Below, one piece after another: positions 19,400 through 30,908 of a stretch of DNA of 64,000 bases. The translations under genes were made by a program, and so were the position numbers. Origin of the DNA: Bryobacterales bacterium (lineage in GTDB: Bacteria; Acidobacteriota; Terriglobia; Bryobacterales; UBA6623); contig CAXXKD010000001.1 in the NCBI GenBank assembly GCA_963422375.2, positions 32,001-96,000 on the forward strand. The letters run 5' to 3'. Position 1 is the stretch's first letter. Each line of letters opens with the position of its first letter. The notes under the pieces were generated by a model, which was not told where the DNA came from, did no database searches, and worked only from the letters and a program-made list of their open reading frames with translations.

Positions 19400-20809
19400 A
19401 TGCCCCGCAGACGGCTCTGGCTACCGGCGCTCGCGGCCCTTGCGGTCGGCTTGGCCTGCGGACCGGCGAACAGCTCGCAGCTCTCGCCCAACATCGTCCT
19501 GATCATCTCGGACGACCACGGCTGGCCCGACTACGGCTTCATGGGGCATCCCGTCGTCCGGACGCCGTTCTTGGACCGCTTGGCTTCCGAGTCGATGGTC
19601 TATACGCGGGGCTACGTGCCGGCCCCGGTTTGCCGTCCGAGCCTTGCGACGATCGCTACAGGCCTGTATCCGCACCAGCACCGGATTACCGGAAACGACC
19701 CGCCGGGCAAGCCCCGCGACCCCGCCAACCGGGCCGACATGGAGGAGGTCTTCGCGAGCAACCTGAACGTCATGGAGGTGCTCGCCCGTTCCGGCTACTC
19801 CAGCCATCAGTCGGGCAAGTGGTGGGAGGGGGATCCGGTAAATCACGGCTTTGACGAGGCCATGACCCACGGCGTCGTGTCGAACCGAGGCAGGCACGGT
19901 GACGACGGCCTCGCTATCGGCCGGGAAGGCATGGGGCCCGTATTCGAGTTCGCCCGGTCCAGACTCGGCCGGTCCGCGCCCCAATCTGACGTCTCGGCCG
20001 GCGAGGGCCCGTTTTTCGTCTGGTACGCTCCGTTTCTCCCTCACACCCCCCACAACCCCCCGGAACGGCTCTTGGAGAAGTACCTAGTGCCCGGTCGCGC
20101 CCCACGGGTGGCTCAATACTACGCGATGGTGGAGTGGCTCGACGAGACGGTCGGCCAGCTGCTGGACTTCTTGGACGGCAACTACGCGGATGGATCCGTG
20201 GAGCAGGATCCCGGTGTGTTGGAGAGACTGCGCAACACCGTCGTGCTGTACGTGGCCGACAACGGCTGGATCGCGGAGGGGAATCGCGAGGACCAGCCGA
20301 CGTCGCGGGCGAAGATGTCGCCCTACGACATGGGAGTGAGGACACCGATCATGATCCGCTGGCCGGGCCGGGTCGCTCCCAGCCGGGACGACCGGTCACT
20401 GGCCAGCAGCATAGACATCGTCCCGACAGTGCTTGAGGCCGCGGGCGTCGAGACGGTCGGTGATCTCCCCGGTATCAGCCTCTTGGACCGGGACGCGCTG
20501 TCTCGCCGGAAGCAAGTGTTTGGCTCGACGTTCGCGCACACGTCCGTGGATGTTCGGGATCCCGCTGCCAACGTGAGGTACCGGACAGTGGTCCGCGAAG
20601 ACGGGTGGAAGCTGGTGTTGCCCTGCCGAGCAAACAGGGACGTCACGCTACTAATCCGAGGCGACATCCCCGACTGGCTGCAGCTCGAGCCGGAACTGTA
20701 CAACGTGCTGGGTGATCCGCATGAGACCAACAACCTAGCCGCCGAGCGGCCCGAGCTAGTCGGCGAGCTGCGGGCTGCCTTGAACGAGTGGTGGGCGGTG
20801 CCTGACTAG
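19400..20809 (+). CDS. Sulfatase (probable lipoprotein)
   Basis: VGLAC lipobox; IISDDHG; core motif CRPSL (Leu in place of the usual Arg); SGKW; ADNG; DPHETNNLA. Confidence 0.88.
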   Translation: MPRRRLWLPALAALAVGLACGPANSSQLSPNIVLIISDDHGWPDYGFMGHPVVRTPFLDRLASESMVYTRGYVPAPVCRPSLATIATGLYPHQHRITGNDPPGKPRDPANRADMEEVFASNLNVMEVLARSGYSSHQSGKWWEGDPVNHGFDEAMTHGVVSNRGRHGDDGLAIGREGMGPVFEFARSRLGRSAPQSDVSAGEGPFFVWYAPFLPHTPHNPPERLLEKYLVPGRAPRVAQYYAMVEWLDETVGQLLDFLDGNYADGSVEQDPGVLERLRNTVVLYVADNGWIAEGNREDQPTSRAKMSPYDMGVRTPIMIRWPGRVAPSRDDRSLASSIDIVPTVLEAAGVETVGDLPGISLLDRDALSRRKQVFGSTFAHTSVDVRDPAANVRYRTVVREDGWKLVLPCRANRDVTLLIRGDIPDWLQLEPELYNVLGDPHETNNLAAERPELVGELRAALNEWWAVPD

Positions 20810-20856
20810 CCGTTGCGGAGGGCCGCCCCGGCTCCGCGGCGGAGCGTCGTGCCATC

Positions 20857-22530
20857 TCAGTTCGGATCGTTCCGGGTTTGGCGGATCACGACCGCCCGCC
20901 CGCCCGGCTCCGGGACGGACTGCGTGGCCCCGTCCGGCCAGCGCACCAGGATGCTCGAGCAGCGCTCACCGAATCCCAAGCCGAAGTGGAGGGCTGGGGA
21001 GCCGGTGGAGAGGTAGCTCCCGGCCTGGCCCCGGAACGCCGCCAGCTCGCGCCCCGCAGTCGTGCGGACCCGCACGATGGCGCCGATCGCGTCGCGGTTC
21101 GGGGGGGCCCCGTCCAGCCGCACGGTCAGGCTGTTCCCCGCCGATGAGACATTGCGAAGAACGACAGCCGCTCCGTCATTGACGTTGACGGCGACGTCGA
21201 TCCTTCCGTCGCCGTCGAGGTCGCCGAAGGCGGCACCTCGCCCGGGCACTGGCGCGCGAATTGCAGCGCCCCCGCGGCTGGATACGTCGAAGAAGCGCCC
21301 GAACAGGTTGCGGGCCAGCATCATCGGCTCCTTGTGCGACAGGGCGCGGTCGGAATCGCCGATGTCGTCCATGACGTGGCCTTGCACGACGAGCAGGTCG
21401 CGCCAGCCGTCGTTGTCAAAGTCCTCGAGGCCCATGCCCCACCCGGACCGGAGCTCGGAAAGGGCGGCGATCCCGCTCGCCTCCGAGGCCGGTTCGAACC
21501 GGCCTGCCGTGTTGCGATACAGCCAGTAGCCCTGCCGGCCGAGAGCGTTCACCAGCAAGTCCGGCTCGAGGTCGCCATTGTAGTCGCTCCAGACCGCTCC
21601 CATGCCGGCGTAATCGCGGCCCTCTGCGTCGAACGCCGCCCCCAGCCTGACTGCCACCTCGTCGAAGCGCCGCCCCCGGACATTTCGAAACATCTGCTGC
21701 GGGCGCGAGTCGTTCGCGACGAATATGTCAACCCAGCCGTCCGCGTCCTGGTCGTTCAGCGCCACACCGAGTCCCTTGCCGGGATGCGCTGTGAGGCCCG
21801 CGGCTTCGGAGACGTCATCGAAGCGTCCGTCGCCTAGGTTTCGATAGAGACCGTGAGTGACGGCTCTGAATTCCCGCGGATGGCAGTAGGACCGACGTTG
21901 TGGCAGGAACGGCCCGCACGGCTTGCTGCTCTCGGTGGTCCAGTCGAGGTAGCGGGCTACGAACAGGTCGAGGTAGCCGTCCTGGTCGTAGTCTAGGAAG
22001 GCCGCGCCGGCAGACCACCCCGGACCGTCGATGCCGGCCAAGCGGCCGAGGTCTCGGAAGGTGCCGTCGCCCTCGTTGCGGAAGAGAATGTCCTCCCCGA
22101 GATTCGAAACGAACAGGTCGGTGTCGCCGTCGGCGTCGAAGTCCGCCGCGGCAGTTCCCATGCCGTAGCCGCGACCTGCCACGCCCGCCTCCTGCGTGAC
22201 GTCCTCGAACTTCCAATCGCCGAGGTTGCGGTACAGGCGGTTCCAGTATTCGGGACGAGCCTTCGCGCGCACTCCCGCGTCCGGCGCGGCCGTTAGGTCC
22301 GAGCCGTTGACGAAATAGAGATCCAAGAGTCCGTCGCCGTCGAAGTCGAGCATCGCGACGCCGGCTCCCATCGCCTCGACGATGTGCTTCTGGCTGGTCT
22401 TGGAAGCGTAGTGCCGGAAGTCCACGCCCGCTTCGCGGGCGACGTCTTGAAACTCGATCGCGGACGCGACCCCGACTTGAAGCAAGAGGAGCGGCCACGT
22501 GCGTCGCAAGGCCGAGGCGGGGAAAGCCAC
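20857..22530 (-). CDS. CRTAC1 family FG-GAP repeat / ASPIC-UnbV protein
   Basis: Repeated DxDGDGxxDL motifs; C-terminal NRDAIGA...SYLS...LHFGLG...VRWPDG. Confidence 0.9.
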   Translation of the reverse strand: MAFPASALRRTWPLLLLQVGVASAIEFQDVAREAGVDFRHYASKTSQKHIVEAMGAGVAMLDFDGDGLLDLYFVNGSDLTAAPDAGVRAKARPEYWNRLYRNLGDWKFEDVTQEAGVAGRGYGMGTAAADFDADGDTDLFVSNLGEDILFRNEGDGTFRDLGRLAGIDGPGWSAGAAFLDYDQDGYLDLFVARYLDWTTESSKPCGPFLPQRRSYCHPREFRAVTHGLYRNLGDGRFDDVSEAAGLTAHPGKGLGVALNDQDADGWVDIFVANDSRPQQMFRNVRGRRFDEVAVRLGAAFDAEGRDYAGMGAVWSDYNGDLEPDLLVNALGRQGYWLYRNTAGRFEPASEASGIAALSELRSGWGMGLEDFDNDGWRDLLVVQGHVMDDIGDSDRALSHKEPMMLARNLFGRFFDVSSRGGAAIRAPVPGRGAAFGDLDGDGRIDVAVNVNDGAAVVLRNVSSAGNSLTVRLDGAPPNRDAIGAIVRVRTTAGRELAAFRGQAGSYLSTGSPALHFGLGFGERCSSILVRWPDGATQSVPEPGGRAVVIRQTRNDPN

Positions 22531-22849
22531 TGGGAAACCGCCCGAATCCTCTCCGAGTGTAGCGAGGCGCCCGGACCTCCGGCGGCGCGCGCTTGTCTCG
22601 ACAGCGTTGCGTGTCGGGTGCTTGGTCGCACTCTGTACTCAGCGGTACTCAGCGCGGGCGACCCTGCTTTCCGAGAATGCCGCGGAATCAAGCATCGAGC
22701 CGGGGGCTACCAATGTGCTCGTCTCACGTAATCGTTAGCTGCGGAGTGGCCCTTGCCGGCTCGTTCTGCCGCGCCACCTTTCGGCGCTGGGACTGGACAT
22801 CGGTCCCCCGGCGAAAATCCTCAGTTGTGAGACACGTTCTAGAACCCCA

Positions 22850-23815
22850 CTCGGACTCCTACGGCGAGATCATCGGCTCCCTGTCGGACCAGCGCGATGG
22901 GCGCACCAACGCCGATGACATCGCCGCCGCCGCTTGCGTCTTGGCCTGCTCCTTCGCGAGGAGCACATCCGTGCTCGAACTCGCTCGCTGCGGGGGGAGC
23001 GAGGCCGCCCGCTTCAACTGCCGGACCGGCTTCGGCGTGCGCGAGATTCCTGTATGACAGCCAGATCGGCAACCTACGCGACGGTTTGGATTCCGACCGC
23101 CAGAGCCCGCTGTTCTCGCTCTCCTCACGGGCCCTCCGCGACCGGTCGCCTTGAAGCCCTTAGAGCGCTTCGGAGACCGCCTGCGAGTGGCCCTTGCCGC
23201 CCCGTGCTGCTCGGTGACGACCTCTACTGCTGCCAGCCGATCTGCCGTGCGGCGCCCGACGCCGGGGCGGATTTCATGCTCGTCTGCAGGCCTCGCTCGC
23301 ACCGGCACCTGTACACAGGCTTGGCAAGCATGCCCGTCGAGTCGACCGGCTGGCTGTTTCGCGGCAACCTGAACGGCAAGGAATTCGTCGCACTGCACCG
23401 GTTTCGCTGGGCTAGGGGCCTGCCGGCGAGCACGGATGTCGGCGCTCCGCGCGGCACGTGGATCGAGTGCGTCATCGAGCGCAACGGCCGGGCCACCTCC
23501 ACCGGCAGTTTCTTCACAAGCTTGCGAGTGACCGCGAACAACGTAGAGGGCATCGCCAGGGCGGAACGCACAAGGTGGAAGATGGAATCCGACGGACTCC
23601 ATCGCTTGGCGCGCCTCGGCTGCGACTTCGACCATGCATTCGGCCACGGAGACGCGGGGCTAGCCGACTTGCTGGCGACGATCAACTGGTTCGCTGTCGC
23701 GCTGCGTCGCGTCTGGGACTGTCCCTGCGACCGGTGGCAGGGTTGCCGTGACAGGGTTGTCACGCGCTCGGCCCAGATCAGGGAGCTGGGGGACGCGCTG
23801 CACGTTGCATCCTGA
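22850..23815 (+). pseudogene. DDE transposase remnant (ISNCY-like)
   Basis: Frameshifted pieces CRTGFGVREIP-DSQIGNL, LGDDLYCCQPIC and RAERTRWKMESDG...DFDHAFGHG...LLATIN, a degenerate form of RARWKIENE...EHNFGHG. Boundaries approximate. Confidence 0.7.
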
Positions 23816-24046
23816 TAGATCCGTTGTGCCGAGCCGCGCCCCGTGCAGGATGGAAGAGCACGCTCCGGACGAGCCTCCGCCAGGCCATCTGAAGCGGCGC
23901 ACGCTGCCCACCGCACGCCTCTGCTGACGCGATGATCGCTCCGCTTCGTGACATTCCAGAATGGGAATCGCTGCCTGTTCTCCGACCCGATGGCGCATGC
24001 TGGTGCGGCAGCGCGGGCAGGTGCGAGCACAGGGAAGCTGCGCGAC

Positions 24047-24835
24047 GTGCATACGGACCGCTCGAAGGCTAGGGATCGGATTTCAGCCGGCGCTCTGGCT
24101 CTGCGCTTGCTGGTCGCGCTCCCGGCTGTCGGGGCGGCCGTGCCGGTGCGAGCGGGCGATGTGCGTGCAGCCGTGGCCGCAAACTTCCGCGAGGCTGCTA
24201 GCGAAGTCGGGGCGGCCTTCGAAGCGGCCACTCCGCACTCGGTCCGCTACAGCTTCGGATCGACGGGCCAGCTCTATGCTCAAATCGCGTTCGGCGCACC
24301 GTTCGACGTCTTCTTGGCAGCGGATGCCAGCAGGCCGGAGAATGCAATCGAGGAGGGCTTCGGCGTCGAAGGCACCCAGTTCACCTACGCAACGGGCAGG
24401 GTGGTGCTCTACAGCGCCGCCAGGGGGTTGGTTTCGGGCCCGGAGGCCCTCCACGAGGGCAGATTCTCGGCGCTGGCGATCGCGGAACCGACCGTCGCGC
24501 CGTACGGCGCCGCCGCGGTCGAGACCATGCGCAGGATAGGTGCCTATACCAGCGCGGAGGGGCGACTGGTCTTTGGTCTCAGCGTGGCGCAGGCATTCCA
24601 GTTCGTCCAGACCGGGAGCGCCGACCTCGGATTCGTGGCGCTGGCCCAGATTGCCCGCCGCACCGGGGGATCGCGCTGGATCGTCCCGTCCGACTTTCAC
24701 GAGCCGATCCGGCAGGACGCCGTCCTGCTCGAGCGGGGTGCACGGAACCCTGCGGCCCGAGCGTTCCTCGCGTTTCTCAAGGGCTCGGAAGCAGAGGCGA
24801 TCCTCGACAGTTTCGGCTACGGGCGGGAGGACTAG
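24047..24835 (+). CDS. modA: Molybdate ABC transporter substrate-binding protein
   Basis: [35 protein letters not shown]. Start uncertain (GTG 24047 or upstream). Confidence 0.92.
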   Translation: MHTDRSKARDRISAGALALRLLVALPAVGAAVPVRAGDVRAAVAANFREAASEVGAAFEAATPHSVRYSFGSTGQLYAQIAFGAPFDVFLAADASRPENAIEEGFGVEGTQFTYATGRVVLYSAARGLVSGPEALHEGRFSALAIAEPTVAPYGAAAVETMRRIGAYTSAEGRLVFGLSVAQAFQFVQTGSADLGFVALAQIARRTGGSRWIVPSDFHEPIRQDAVLLERGARNPAARAFLAFLKGSEAEAILDSFGYGRED

Positions 24836-24842
24836 CCCGCGC

Positions 24843-25529
24843 ATGACTGACGCCTCGTCCATCTGGCCGCCGGTGCTGCTGACGCTTCAGCTGGCCGCTG
24901 CTTCGACGGCCCTTCTGCTGCTTGTCGGCACGCCAGTCGCGTGGTGGCTCGCGCGCACGGGGACCCGCTGGAAGGAGGCCGTCGCGGCCGTCGTAGCCCT
25001 GCCCCTGGTGCTTCCGCCGACAGTTCTCGGCTTCTACCTGCTCCTCGCACTCGGCCCCGGCGGCCCCGGAGGCTGGCTGGCCGGCCTCGGTGGCAGTCGC
25101 TCCTTGGCGTTCTCGTTCGAGGGGATCCTGCTCGGATCGGTGATCTACTCGATGCCGTTCGTCGTGCAGCCGATACGGAACGCCTTCGAGGCTGTCGGGG
25201 ACCGTCCGCTCGAAGTTGCCGCGACCCTCGGCGCGACGCCTTGGGACGCGTTCTGGACGGTCGCCGTGCCTCTGGCACGCCCCGGTTTCGTTTCCGGGGC
25301 GGTGCTGGGATTCGCTCACACGATCGGGGAGTTCGGGGTGGTTCTGATGATCGGCGGCAACATACCGGGCGAGACCAAGGTGCTGTCCATCGCCGTCTAC
25401 GAGTACGTCGAGACGCTGCAGTGGCCGCTGGCCCACCTGCTTGCCGGAGGCATGCTCGTGTTCTCGTTCGCCGTCATCCTCGCGACAATGGTGCATCAGG
25501 GCCGAGCCGGCGGGAGGGGGTCCGCGTGA
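24843..25529 (+). CDS. modB: Molybdate ABC transporter permease
   Basis: [37 protein letters not shown]. Confidence 0.95.
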   Translation: MTDASSIWPPVLLTLQLAAASTALLLLVGTPVAWWLARTGTRWKEAVAAVVALPLVLPPTVLGFYLLLALGPGGPGGWLAGLGGSRSLAFSFEGILLGSVIYSMPFVVQPIRNAFEAVGDRPLEVAATLGATPWDAFWTVAVPLARPGFVSGAVLGFAHTIGEFGVVLMIGGNIPGETKVLSIAVYEYVETLQWPLAHLLAGGMLVFSFAVILATMVHQGRAGGRGSA

Positions 25530-26662
25530 GCGGGGGCGGAGCGATCTGCGCCCGGCTCGCCGGTTCGCTGGGATCCTTCTCGCTCGACGTCGACTTCGAG
25601 GTGCCGGCCCGTGGCATCACGGCGCTCTTCGGCCCGTCCGGTTGCGGCAAGACCACCCTCCTCCGCTGCATCGCCGGCCTCAGCCGGCTAGCGGGGCGCC
25701 TCGCGGTCGGGGAGCAGGTCTGGCAGGACGATTCGGCGCGGATTTGCCGCAAGCCGCACGAGCGCCCGGTCGGGTACGTCTTTCAGGAAGCGAGCCTTTT
25801 CTCCCACCTGTCCGTTCGGCGGAATCTGCTCTACGGCGCCCGCCGCCGGTCCCGGTCCCGGCGTGACGAGGAACTGGCATTTGACCCCGTAGTCGCTCTG
25901 CTTGAGATCGGCAGCCTGCTTGGCCGCTTGCCGGCAGCGCTTTCCGGGGGCGAGCGCCAGCGAGTCGCCATCGGGCGGGCGCTGCTGTCCCGGCCGCGGT
26001 TGCTTCTGATGGACGAGCCGCTCTCCGGCTTGGACCAGGGAGCCAAGGAAGGCATTCTCCCCTACTTGGAGACGCTTCACGAGCGGCTCTCGATCCCGAT
26101 CCTCTACGTCAGCCACGACCTCCGGGAGGTGGCGCGGCTGGCGGACACGGTCATCGTGATGGCAGCCGGCAAGCGGGTCATCGACGGTCCGGTCGAGGAG
26201 ATACTCGAACGCTTGGACCTGGGACTCGCGGCGGGGCCCTTCGAGACGGGGGTAGTCCTGCGTGCGCGGGTTTCAGGCCAGGACTCTCGGTTCCGGATCA
26301 CCCGCTTGGACCTCGGCGGCCAGCCCGTCGTCATCCCTGCGGCCGACCTGCCGGTCGGGGAAGAGGTGCGGCTGAGAGTCCGGTCCCGCGATGTCGCGAT
26401 CGCGACGGCCCGGCCCGACTCGATCAGCGTCCGCAACGTCCTTCCTGGAAGGGTACTCGAGATCGTCGAAGACGCGGGGACTGCGTTTGCCGAAGTGCTG
26501 GTCGACATCGGTGCCGGGCGCGTGCGCGCCCGCATCACCCGCGACGCTTCGGCGGACCTCGGCCTGACTGTCGGGAAGGAGGTCTTCGCGCTGGTCAAGA
26601 GCATCTCGCTGGACCGCCCGGCGCTCGGAGCGCCTCGTCCCTCGCGCGGCGGGCCTCTCTAG
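25526..26662 (+). CDS. modC: Molybdate ABC transporter ATP-binding protein
   Basis: GTGA overlap; [23 protein letters not shown]-terminal TOBE-like SISVRNVL...VFALVKS. Confidence 0.94.
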   Translation: MSGGGAICARLAGSLGSFSLDVDFEVPARGITALFGPSGCGKTTLLRCIAGLSRLAGRLAVGEQVWQDDSARICRKPHERPVGYVFQEASLFSHLSVRRNLLYGARRRSRSRRDEELAFDPVVALLEIGSLLGRLPAALSGGERQRVAIGRALLSRPRLLLMDEPLSGLDQGAKEGILPYLETLHERLSIPILYVSHDLREVARLADTVIVMAAGKRVIDGPVEEILERLDLGLAAGPFETGVVLRARVSGQDSRFRITRLDLGGQPVVIPAADLPVGEEVRLRVRSRDVAIATARPDSISVRNVLPGRVLEIVEDAGTAFAEVLVDIGAGRVRARITRDASADLGLTVGKEVFALVKSISLDRPALGAPRPSRGGPL

Positions 26663-27617
26663 CCTCGGCGGCAGTCCCTGTCCGTGCGGCTGGCCGCGCC
26701 GGTCCGGCATGATGTCGGCGGGTCGCAGGTGCGGTCTTGGTCCAGCTCGATGATGGTCGCCGCGGTGAGCCGCCCGTCCTGCTCCTGCAATCGCAGTGCT
26801 CGTTTCAGCAATGACGTGGGGAGACTGGGCGTGATGATCCGAGAAGTGGGATGCAACGGCGGTCTCTCAGTTCGATGGCCTTGCACTATGATTTCTCCGC
26901 AGTTTGGTATCGATCCCTAAAGTCGAAATGATGTTGAGAGTCCTCGCAGAGTAGATTAACCTATATACAATTCGTATCATCGGTCGAAAGGAACTAATTT
27001 CAGTGATGTGAAAAAACCAGGAATTTGTCGGAATATGAACGGGAATCCATACTGAATTATTGGGAATATGTGCTGAAAATCTGCGGATTCATCTTGAGAA
27101 ATAATGGACATGATTCCTATGGAGATCAAGAAATTCGACTCGCGGCCATCGCTAGACTGTTTGAGGGTACAAACACTTGCAGCGTGACTTGGATTCTGAG
27201 CGGAGATGCTGCCGGGCGATTTGGGAGAGAGCAATTCAAATCGAAACCCGTCTGCTTGTTAGATCTGCCGAATGAGCGGGATCGATGGAGATTCGTTGCG
27301 CGAGCTGTGCAGGATACCTTTGCGTTGGTCCGCGTTACTCGCGAGTGGAGTCCACCCGCAGGACCGCGCTTTCGGCGAATTGCTGGACCTAGCAGAACTC
27401 GCGGAACCTGCCGTGGCGGGCATGGGAGCTGGCTTCAGGCCTTCCGCCGGACGGACTCCTCCTGCGCAGACGGCCCGGTGGGTCGGGTCGCCTCCGCCGG
27501 GCCTCCAAGCAACCGCTTCGGTAACTTCTCGAACGGTCCGGGCTAGGGCCGCCCGTGCGTCCGAGCGCGTCCCGGCGTTGAGCCGTGGGATGCCGCGGCA
27601 GCTCCCGGAACTGCCGG

Positions 27618-28829
27618 TCAGGGGAGCGCCGCGCGATGCCTCTTCTCGTAGTGCTGCCGGAGCAGGTCCTTGCCGTAGTCGTTTCCATTCGGAGTGCGCA
27701 TCACGGCATGCACGTGCTGCCGCTGCGGCGTGCGGGGCAGCGAGCGCATGAAGACTGGCCTCTGGTGGTCGAATTCCACGAGGACAACCGGGCTGTGGAC
27801 GCGGTAGTAGAACACGTCCTCGTTACCGATACCCCCGATCCATGCGAAGTGGGTCCTGTCGAGATGCTCGCGAACTTCGTCCATCTTGACCCTCGCGTGG
27901 CCGTCGTCCATGTGACCTACGAAACTCTCGACGATGTCGAGCAGCATGTCGCGCTGCGAGGCGCTCAGATCGGTGGCCTGGATTCCGGCGTAGGCGAGAT
28001 CCGCATTGTCCTTGAAGGCCTGGGTCAGGGCGTCGTTGCCGTCCTTCGAGGTCTCCAAGACCGCCTTCTCGCGCTGGGCCGTGCTCAGGGACTGGGCCAG
28101 AGCGAGGCCCCGACGCTGCTCTTCCTGCATCACCGCGACCCCCTTGTACTTGCCACCCTCGGCGATTACCGGCTCCGAGCCGAGGAATGTCGGCGTCATG
28201 ACCACTTGGTCGCCGAGCACGAAGTAGTTGATGATCAGGTGATGCCCGTCGAGCTGCCAGCCCCAGGGCTGGTCCTCGGAGGGCTCGCCCATGACGGTCA
28301 AGTAGTAGAGCCATTCGTCCAGCTCCTCGAAGTTGGACGTGATCTCGCCGAGGCTGTAGTTCAGGCGCATGATATCGCGGCTCTGCCGGAACCCTCGCGC
28401 ACTGAGCCCTGCCTTCATCAAGGCCATCCCCGCGTCTCGCTGGCGCTCGTCCAGTTCCTGGAACGAGATGCCTTGGCGCGGGTAGCTGTGTTGGTTGGCC
28501 CACTTCCGCCATTCGTCGTCGTCGACCGGGAATCTCACGCGCTCGCGCTGCTCGCCCGCGAGAGAGTCTAGGAAGGCGCGCGCGGCATCGACGACCGGCT
28601 GCGTCGTGACGCCGCTGGCCTGTAGGGCGAACAGCCCGGGCTCCAGCTCGCCGCTGGCGCTGATCCCGACGAACGGACGAGCAAGGGCGCGCCGCTCCAT
28701 CGCCGCGAAGCGACCCCCTCCTGGCCCGCCCCGCTGGGACAGAGCGAACTCGACGAGCAGGCCCGCGCCCGCTAGGGCGACGAATCCCGACAGCAGCAGG
28801 ATCCGTCGGCTTGCGAATAGGGTTGTCAT
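27618..28829 (-). CDS. DUF3500 domain secreted protein
   Basis: N-terminal hydrophobic leader; WGWQLDGHHL, TPTFLGSEP, YYRVHSP, HVHAVMRTPNGNDYG. Confidence 0.85.
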   Translation of the reverse strand: MTTLFASRRILLLSGFVALAGAGLLVEFALSQRGGPGGGRFAAMERRALARPFVGISASGELEPGLFALQASGVTTQPVVDAARAFLDSLAGEQRERVRFPVDDDEWRKWANQHSYPRQGISFQELDERQRDAGMALMKAGLSARGFRQSRDIMRLNYSLGEITSNFEELDEWLYYLTVMGEPSEDQPWGWQLDGHHLIINYFVLGDQVVMTPTFLGSEPVIAEGGKYKGVAVMQEEQRRGLALAQSLSTAQREKAVLETSKDGNDALTQAFKDNADLAYAGIQATDLSASQRDMLLDIVESFVGHMDDGHARVKMDEVREHLDRTHFAWIGGIGNEDVFYYRVHSPVVLVEFDHQRPVFMRSLPRTPQRQHVHAVMRTPNGNDYGKDLLRQHYEKRHRAALP

Positions 28830-29611
28830 CGACTCTAACCGTAACCCACGGGGCGGGCTCCCTCAACTCCGAGAGGGCGCGTGGCGCATGCCGCGATCGC
28901 GGTGTGCGCGACGCGCGGGGCGAGTGAACCACGAGGATGCAATTGGCCATTGCGTTCGATGCGCCGGCCGAAGGCTGCGCTGGCGCAGGCGGCAGCCCAT
29001 TCGATTCAGCGGCGATCCGGCGACTTCCGTCCCCCGGCCATTGCTTCGAACCGGGACGTGGTCGGCCTTGGGTGCGGTTTCCCGTCCCTCGCTGCCTCGT
29101 GCGAGCGTCCCGCTCGAGCAGTGCGTACCGAGTCCGCGCCACCCGCCAAGGACGAGGCTCGGACGGCCGTCCGAGAGCGGCCATCGCGGCACCGTAGATC
29201 CCCGCCAAGAGGATGGCACGAAGTCCAAGCCGGTCTCGCGCACTGGCGACCCCGGTGACCTTCGTCCGCGCCTGGCCGGGGGCCTCGTACCCGAAGCGGC
29301 CGAAGTCGGCAAGAAACCCGCCTCTCTGCGGCAACGGCCCGGTCCGAAGGGGACTTCGTTCTCGGCCGGGCTGTAGGGAGCGCGCCGGACCTTCCACACG
29401 TGCCTTGAATCGGATGGCCCCCGTTGACCGCTTTTGTGGACGTCGCTCCAGTTGGACCGGACCGCGGGCGTAAGCCGACGGCCGAGGCCTGCGGAACGAG
29501 GCTTGGATGTGCTTACCGCTGCGATCATCGAATGACCGCTTCGCGGGTCGCTGCATTTCTCTAGTCCGAATCAGCCGGACCTCTATTCGGGATCGGACGC
29601 TGAGATTGGGA

Positions 29612-30843
29612 AGGTACCTTGCCCGTCACGCCGAGTCCCGTGTCCGCACGGTGCTCGAGGATACGCGCATCGTGGCACTCGTGGGGCCGTGGCAGTCCGG
29701 CTTGACCACCTTGGTGCGCCGGGTCCCGGTGGCGGGCAGACGGCCGTCCTTCAATCTGGACGACGAGCAGTTCAAGCGGTTCGCCCGAGACGACCCGGTC
29801 GGGTTCCTGCGCGGACGAGACGCGCCTGCGATTGACGAGGTCCGGAGGGCTCCGAATCTCTTCCGTGCGCTCAAGAAGGCAGTTGACGAGAATCCTCTCC
29901 CCGGGAGGCACCTAGTCGCCGGATCCGCAGACCTCTCTTCGGGTGCCGTCTCGCCCGACTCGCTCGCGGGCCGTGTGGAGGTTCTTGAACTCCTGCCGTT
30001 TTCCCGAGCGGAAGTCGCCGCCAAACGACGCCCGCGGTTCCTCGACCGTACGTTCGAGCGTGATCCCCCCAGCTTCGCGCCGACGAGCCCGACAGGCGCC
30101 GGCGTTGATCGAGTAGTCGCCGGCGGGATTCCCGAAGTCGTTTCGGGCGCCCTGCCGGAGCGGCGGTCGAGCTGGCTTCGCTCCTACGCCCAAGCGCTGG
30201 CCCTTCGCGAAATCGCCGACCTCGCCTCGGTCCGGAAGACGGACGGCCCGAGCCGGCTGGTCGGCCATGCGGCCCGATCCGCCGGCCAGTTGCTCAACCT
30301 CTCAGCGCTCGGGGCCGGTCTCGGGTTGGACGGCAAGCCCGTGGACCGGCTGCTCGGACAGATGCTCCTTGTCCGGCGAATCCCCGCTTGGCATCGCAAT
30401 GAGGCAAAGCGGCTTGTCAAGTCGTCGAAGCTGAGATTCCTGGATGCGGGGCTGCTGGCGGCTCTGCGTAGGGCAACCGCTGATGTAATCGCGAGGGACC
30501 GGCGGCGGATCGGCCCGCTCCTGGAGTGCTTCGTGCATTCCTAGCCGGCCAAGGCGGCCGCACTCTCGGATGACCTTGTATTGATCGGCCACTACCGCGA
30601 CAAGGATCAACCATTGGTTGATTTCGTCCTCGAGCGTTCGCCGAGGGAGATTGTCGGCATAGGGGTCAAGCAGTCAAGGCTGCCGCCACGGCGGGCCCGA
30701 AGGACTTCCAAGGCTTGGCACGGCTGGAGGCCGCTGCGGGCGGCCGTTTCGCTTGCGGCTTCGTGCTGCACGACGGCGACGGCATCCAGCAGGCGGCTGC
30801 GAAGCAGCTCGCGATGCCCGGCACGATGCTTTGGGAGGCGTAG
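29612..30843 (+). pseudogene. AAA+ ATPase / DUF4143 protein pseudogene
   Basis: Degenerate Walker A GPWQSGLTT, IDEVRRAP, DSLAGR, RLVKSSKL. In-frame TAG at 30542, then HYRDKDQPLVDFVLE, a frameshift and KDFQGL...GFVLHDG. Confidence 0.85.
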
Positions 30844-30869
30844 CGGCACCGGCTGGCCTGTCGGCGCGC

Positions 30870-30899
30870 TTGACAGCGCGAGACGGGAGGTGCTACGAT
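30870..30899 (+). promoter_or_regulatory. sigma70 promoter candidate (TTGACA-18 nt-TACGAT with TG extension)
   Basis: Near-consensus -35 and extended -10, ending 35 bp before ATG 30934. Confidence 0.6.
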
Positions 30900-30908
30900 G
30901 GCTGCGAA

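Noticed and set aside
26659..26886. Possible PIN-domain toxin remnant (LLKRALRLQEQ)
   Set aside because: No conserved acidic residues are identifiable; evidence is insufficient.
26955..26980. ModE box near modC
   Set aside because: It lies downstream of the operon and has only one TATATA half-site; an IS-end remnant explains it better.
30542..30544. Amber readthrough (pyrrolysine or recoding) in the AAA+ gene
   Set aside because: The gene has several other inactivating lesions, and TAG is a normal stop for many genes here.
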